IMG/VR virus record: IMGVR_UViG_3300025150_000005
DNA: 20,000 bases
Strand: one strand, 5' to 3'
Source: an uncultured virus (IMG/VR IMGVR_UViG_3300025150_000005)
Taxonomy: Duplodnaviria; Heunggongvirae; Uroviricota; Caudoviricetes
Below the pieces are notes generated by a model. It searched no databases and had not been told where the DNA came from. It saw only the letters and a list, made by a program, of their open reading frames with translations. Both the position numbers and the translations under genes were made by a program. This document shows positions 15,662 to 20,000 of the stretch, piece by piece. Each line of letters opens with the position of its first letter. Position 1 is the first letter of the stretch.

Positions 15662-17158
15662 TCAAAGCCCCAACCGCGCCAGGATGGTGTCGACCGTGCC
15701 GACACCGCGTAGGGTGTCGCCCAGCTCATCGTCACCAGGCAGCAGCTTCGCGCGATCCTCGACCTTGTCGATCAAGGTCTCGACGAGGAGCTGGTCGTAG
15801 CTACCCTCCACCACGACGTAGCCGAAGGGGACGGGATCCTTTCGCCCTGTTCGGGCAAGGCGCCCCTCCAACTGCAACGCTTCCTCGATGGTCCACGGCA
15901 ACTCGACGCAGTAGCCTGCGGCGAGCCCCGAGCAGTCGACGCTCTCGCGCATCGCACCGCTCGTCGTGACGATTACGCCACGCCCAACCGCCATGACTTC
16001 CTCGACGAGACGCAGTCGCCGCGCCAAAGGCATCCGCGATCCGACGATCCCGTGTGCAGGGATGGTCGACGCGAGTGCCTTGACGATGGCGTTGACGGCC
16101 TCCTCCCGCTGCACGGAGACGAGGAACGTGTGCTGACCGCGAACCTCAGCCTCTACGATCAGCTTCTTGAGAACGGGGATCTTCTTGGGCGTCGCTGCGT
16201 AGAGGGCCTTCGCCAGCGCACGTCGCGTGTCGTCCTGCGTCGCGTTGTCTTTGAGGCGGCGCATCGACTCGGCGATCGCGTGTCGCGCCCCCGGATGATC
16301 GACGCCAATCAGAGTGCGGTGCACGGGCGGCAGATCTGCGGCGAGCGCGTCGCGGTTGACCTCGCGCCGGATGGTCCGCTCCAGGCGCAGGCGCAGCTCG
16401 TCGGTGTGCGTTGCCCCCCGGATGGTGTAGCCCCCGAAGAGGTTGACGTCGGCCCCCGCGTAGCGCCGCGTGAACGCACCGAAGCTACCGAACGCCCCCG
16501 GGTGCACCATGTCGAGCTGGTTGTAGAGGCCGTCGCCACGCGACCAGATGGGCGTCGCCGAGAGTCCCACGACGATGGGCGCGCACGCAGCGATCGCGCC
16601 ACGCATCCCAATGGACCACCGAGACTTGCGGCCGCGCAGCGCATGGATCTCGTCGAGCACGAGCATGTCCCAATCGAGCGCCGAGAGCGCAGTCGCCCAG
16701 TCCTCCGCGATCTCGTAGTTGACGAAGTGCCAACCCTCGGTCGTGATCCGTGTTGGACGCACACCCCTAAGGACGTTGAGGGTTCGATCGGGGAACCACT
16801 TCCGTACCTCACGTTGCCACGTGAACCGGGCGAGCGCCGGGCCTGCGAAGAGCACATTCTTGGCGTCGTAGGAGGCTGCCGCCGCGAGTCCCACGAGGCT
16901 CTTCCCACCTGATGTCCGATGCGCGATGATACCCCCACCCCACATGCGCAGAAACGCCAGATCGGCCTGCTGTGCAACGCGGAGGGGCACGCTCGTGGGC
17001 GCATCCATCCACCCGGTGCGGGGGGCCGGTGGACCGTAACCCAGGATGTCCGCGACGTCGTCGGGAACACGCCATTGGGCGGTTCCGTAGACGCGACGGC
17101 ACCCAGGCACGTCTGCCGCAACTGCGGCGCGCTGGCTGGTGAGTAGAATGTCTCGCAC
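15662..17158 (-). CDS. SNF2-like SF2 helicase/translocase
   Basis: TSGGKS (degenerate Walker A), VNYE, LVLDEIH, LSATP, PW...QLEGRLARTG. Confidence 0.88.
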   Translation of the reverse strand: MRDILLTSQRAAVAADVPGCRRVYGTAQWRVPDDVADILGYGPPAPRTGWMDAPTSVPLRVAQQADLAFLRMWGGGIIAHRTSGGKSLVGLAAAASYDAKNVLFAGPALARFTWQREVRKWFPDRTLNVLRGVRPTRITTEGWHFVNYEIAEDWATALSALDWDMLVLDEIHALRGRKSRWSIGMRGAIAACAPIVVGLSATPIWSRGDGLYNQLDMVHPGAFGSFGAFTRRYAGADVNLFGGYTIRGATHTDELRLRLERTIRREVNRDALAADLPPVHRTLIGVDHPGARHAIAESMRRLKDNATQDDTRRALAKALYAATPKKIPVLKKLIVEAEVRGQHTFLVSVQREEAVNAIVKALASTIPAHGIVGSRMPLARRLRLVEEVMAVGRGVIVTTSGAMRESVDCSGLAAGYCVELPWTIEEALQLEGRLARTGRKDPVPFGYVVVEGSYDQLLVETLIDKVEDRAKLLPGDDELGDTLRGVGTVDTILARLGL

Positions 17159-17166
17159 GACGACGG

Positions 17167-17195
17167 ACCCTAGTACGTTTCGATCTACGTTGCAA
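17167..17195 (-). promoter_or_regulatory. Sigma70-type promoter of the replication operon
   Basis: Minus strand TTGCAA (17195-17190), 17 bp, TAGGGT (17172-17167), with an A-rich tract upstream; the -10 ends 8 nt before the GTG at 17158. Confidence 0.6.
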
Positions 17196-17692
17196 GGAAT
17201 TTTTCAGGCCCTCACCTGCACGATCGACAGGGCGTTACCTGAGTCGCTGGCGTAGGGGCGTGTGCCCAATTACAATGTGCCCGTGTACATCATCTCCCCA
17301 CAAGCCGGTCTCGGCCTCACCCTCCCCATCCTGTCGTCAGGGGTCGTGCTCGACACGGCGCTAGCCCAACTTCGCCCCGTCTACCTGCAGCAGGTGCAGC
17401 GTGCGCGTCCCTGGTTGGAGGCGCAGGGCCGCAACGCAGGCCGCGCGCTGCTGCTCTCGGCGGGCAACGCGCTCCCCGGCCGCACGCCGCCCCCCAGAGA
17501 CACCCCACAGTGGATCGTCGAGTGGGTCGACCCCATCGTCGATCCTGTCCTACACGGCCTGCGCCAGGAGCTGGCGCCCACACTCCAGTCGGTGGGTATC
17601 GGCGTAGGGGCAGGCGCCCTCTTTGCCCTCGTCCTCGCCTTCATGGTCGGTAGGGCCACGAACCGCTAGGCCCTGTACTTTTCGATCTACGT
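17173..17692 (+). repeat. 18-bp direct repeat GTAC(G/T)TTTCGATCTACGT at 17173-17190 and 17675-17692
   Basis: 17/18 identity; both copies are intergenic and sit in or next to promoters. Confidence 0.85.
17262..17669 (+). CDS. Hypothetical protein with C-terminal transmembrane helix
   Basis: 135 aa; AGLG near the N-terminus; ends VGIGVGAGALFALVLAFMVGRATNR. Confidence 0.7.
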   Translation: MPNYNVPVYIISPQAGLGLTLPILSSGVVLDTALAQLRPVYLQQVQRARPWLEAQGRNAGRALLLSAGNALPGRTPPPRDTPQWIVEWVDPIVDPVLHGLRQELAPTLQSVGIGVGAGALFALVLAFMVGRATNR

Positions 17693-17693
17693 A

Positions 17694-17722
17694 TTGACAT
17701 ACAAACGGAGGCGTCGTAGGTT
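17694..17722 (+). promoter_or_regulatory. Sigma70-type promoter of the DinG-like helicase gene
   Basis: TTGACA (17694-17699), 17 bp, TAGGTT (17717-17722); GAGG RBS precedes ATG 17753. Confidence 0.7.
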
Positions 17723-17752
17723 CCTGCCCAAACAGCCCTGAGGTTTTCCCCC

Positions 17753-19771
17753 ATGCGCTATGGGCCCCCCGATGCGGACGGCATCGTCGAGGAAGTCGAC
17801 ACGCCTGAAGGATCAGACGATCTCTTTTGCGTCTTCCACGAGATCCTGCCTCGCTTGCTCCCGGGCTTCGCGCCCAGGCCCGCACAGTGGGCGATGGCGC
17901 TCGCTGTCGAGGAGACGATCACCAGCAAGACGCACTCGGGGCGGCTATGCGTCGAGGCGCCGTGTGGGACGGGCAAGTCCCTAGCCTACGGCGTCCCCGC
18001 GGCGCTCTACGCTGCGCGACGCGACCGCAGCAACGACCCTCCCATCGTCATCGCCACCGCCGGCATCGCGCTGCAGGAGCAGCTCATCGCGAAGGATCTG
18101 CCTCTCATCCAACGCGCCCTCGCCGCGATGGGGTTGGACTTCACCTTCGCGCTGCTCAAGGGACTCGACAACTACGCGTGCCGCGCGCTCATCTCGACCA
18201 ACCACCTGACCGGCTTCGACCGGACACGGGACGCGCATCTGCTCGACGAGGCGCTCGCGTGGGTACAGGACACCGACACGGGTGACCGCTCTGATCTGGC
18301 CTTCGATCCCCCGCCCCACATCTGGCGGCAGATCGCGATCCCGTCGACGGAGTGTCTCAAGCGTGCGTGCCCCGAGCGCAACGTGTGCTTCGGCGCACAC
18401 GCGCAGGATCGTAGCCGAGATGCCGACATCATCGTCACCAACCAGCACATGCTCTGCGCACACGTGAAGATCGGTGGGCTGCTCGACGAGCACATCCTGA
18501 TCGTGGACGAGGGCCACGAGCTACCCGACGTCGCGCGAAAGGTGCTCGGGTCGAGCCTGTTCAAGGGATCAGCGCTGAAGGCTGCACGGCTCATCACGGA
18601 GCAGCTCCACGGCAGCTACGGGCACGTCCTCGACCAGATTCGCGTCGAGGTCGACGAGGTCTGGGCGCGCCTGACTGTGCATGTCCAGTCCAAGGACTAC
18701 AAGGCCTACCTTCGCCACCCGAACATCGCCCAGGCCGGGACGCTCATCGAGATCCTCACCGCGCTCTTTCGAGAAGCGGTCAAAGAGATCAACGAAATCG
18801 GTCGAGTCGAGTGGGCTGCGCTTTCATCGTCACAGCGCCAGCGCCTCACGCGCCTCAACATGGGCGCGCAGCGCACCCAGGACACTGTCACCGACCTGAA
18901 GTACATCGACACGCCGGATCCAGCCTATGCGATCTCGCTCGAAAACCGACTGCACATGGCGGTCTTCGTCGAGCGCTACCTCATCGATCCCTCGCAGGCC
19001 CTGACCCTCGGCGCGTACGATCCCTGTCCCGCAGTGATCGCGACCTCGGCCACGCTGACCACGAACAAGGGCAGCTTCGCCTACGCAGAGCGCACGATGG
19101 GGATCGGCGGCTCCACGACGCAGACCATGCAGGTCCCGAGCCCCTTCGACTTCCCGAGTCAGGGGCTCCTCGTGCTCCCCGAGCTGCCTGTGCCAGACCC
19201 CAACGACCCGGCCTTCATGGGGCTCATGGTCCGCTTGTGCATCGAGAGCGTCCAGGCATCGGGCGGCGGCGCGCTCTGCCTCTTCACGAGTCATCGGGCA
19301 ATCGAGGCGGCGTTCGCCGAGATGAGCAAGCTGCCCTGGGCAGTCCTCCAGCAGAAGGACATGCCCAAGATGAAGCTATTGGAGCGCTTCCGCGACGACC
19401 CGCACTCCATCCTCCTTGGCACGTCGTCGTTCTGGACTGGGGTCGACGTCCAGGGCGACAGCCTGCGCTTGCTGTTCATCGACAAGATCCCGTTTCCGCA
19501 GATGAGCAACCCTGTCGGCTCGGCGATCGCGGACCTGGACCCCAAGGGCTGGTTTGGCAAGCACTCCCTGCCCATCGCGAGCCTGAAGCTGCAACAGGGC
19601 GTCGGCCGTCTGATCCGTTCAGTGTCGGACACAGGGGTCTGCGTGATCGCTGATCCCCGCATGACCACCAGGGGCTACGGGAAGCAGCTCGTGAGCGACC
19701 TGCCCGCGATGCGTCGGACGTCGGACGTGACGGAGATCGGGCGGTTCTTCGCGGCGCGGGCTGCGTCGTGA
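17753..19771 (+). CDS. dinG: DinG/YoaA-like Fe-S cluster helicase
   Basis: RPAQ Q-motif, EAPCGTGKS, LQEQL, KG..NYAC and CLKRACP...C (Fe-S ligands), DEGH, SATL, SPFD, FWTGVDVQG, QGVGRLIR. Confidence 0.92.
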   Translation: MRYGPPDADGIVEEVDTPEGSDDLFCVFHEILPRLLPGFAPRPAQWAMALAVEETITSKTHSGRLCVEAPCGTGKSLAYGVPAALYAARRDRSNDPPIVIATAGIALQEQLIAKDLPLIQRALAAMGLDFTFALLKGLDNYACRALISTNHLTGFDRTRDAHLLDEALAWVQDTDTGDRSDLAFDPPPHIWRQIAIPSTECLKRACPERNVCFGAHAQDRSRDADIIVTNQHMLCAHVKIGGLLDEHILIVDEGHELPDVARKVLGSSLFKGSALKAARLITEQLHGSYGHVLDQIRVEVDEVWARLTVHVQSKDYKAYLRHPNIAQAGTLIEILTALFREAVKEINEIGRVEWAALSSSQRQRLTRLNMGAQRTQDTVTDLKYIDTPDPAYAISLENRLHMAVFVERYLIDPSQALTLGAYDPCPAVIATSATLTTNKGSFAYAERTMGIGGSTTQTMQVPSPFDFPSQGLLVLPELPVPDPNDPAFMGLMVRLCIESVQASGGGALCLFTSHRAIEAAFAEMSKLPWAVLQQKDMPKMKLLERFRDDPHSILLGTSSFWTGVDVQGDSLRLLFIDKIPFPQMSNPVGSAIADLDPKGWFGKHSLPIASLKLQQGVGRLIRSVSDTGVCVIADPRMTTRGYGKQLVSDLPAMRRTSDVTEIGRFFAARAAS

Positions 19772-20000
19772 AGCTGCACCCGTTGGATCGACACGGCCAC
19801 ATTCTCGCATCGACGATCTACAGCTGGTGGGATCCCCTGAGAAGGGCGCACGAACAGTATGAATCAACGGTCACCCAACCTAGCCTGGAGTCCTGGCTCG
19901 CGCTGTCTGCAGAGTGGCAGCTCCGCGCCTTCGCCGACGCGCTCGCAACGCTACCGCGCCACTACACGACAGAAGCATACCGTATCCCGGAGTGGCTCCG
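19768..20000 (+). CDS. Hypothetical protein (partial, runs off the right edge)
   Basis: GTG overlaps the helicase stop (GTGA); frame MKLHPLDRHGHILASTIYSWWDPL... is open to the window end. Confidence 0.55.
   Translation, partial: MKLHPLDRHGHILASTIYSWWDPLRRAHEQYESTVTQPSLESWLALSAEWQLRAFADALATLPRHYTTEAYRIPEWL

Noticed and set aside
14572..19771. Cas4-like nuclease plus DinG suggesting a type IV CRISPR-Cas locus
   Set aside because: No repeat-spacer array and no Cas5/6/7-like ORFs; the context is a phage replication module.

Overview
High-GC bacteriophage (or prophage) segment with a DNA replication/recombination module. A leftward operon encodes an SF2/SNF2-type helicase, a Cas4-like PD-(D/E)XK nuclease, a Sak4-like AAA ATPase, a hypothetical protein, a probable SSB, a NUMOD4-HNH endonuclease, two small Cys-rich proteins and a uracil-DNA glycosylase/family A DNA polymerase fusion, followed by small accessory genes. 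A DinG/YoaA-like Fe-S helicase is transcribed divergently at the right end. A DEDDh 3'-5' exonuclease gene is split by a 1315-bp non-autonomous IS1595-family element with perfect 25-bp IRs, an 8-bp TSD, a deleted transposase and passenger ORFs. The left end holds a separate operon of small 'GLG'-motif proteins, most of them membrane-anchored, plus a HAD-domain multidomain protein missed by the ORF track. The most unusual features are three large insertions in the polymerase (one resembling an alpha-helix/polyproline stalk inside the UDG domain), the cargo-carrying IS derivative, the GLG protein set, and an 18-bp motif shared by the two divergent helicase promoters. All calls come from reading motifs by eye; no searches were run.
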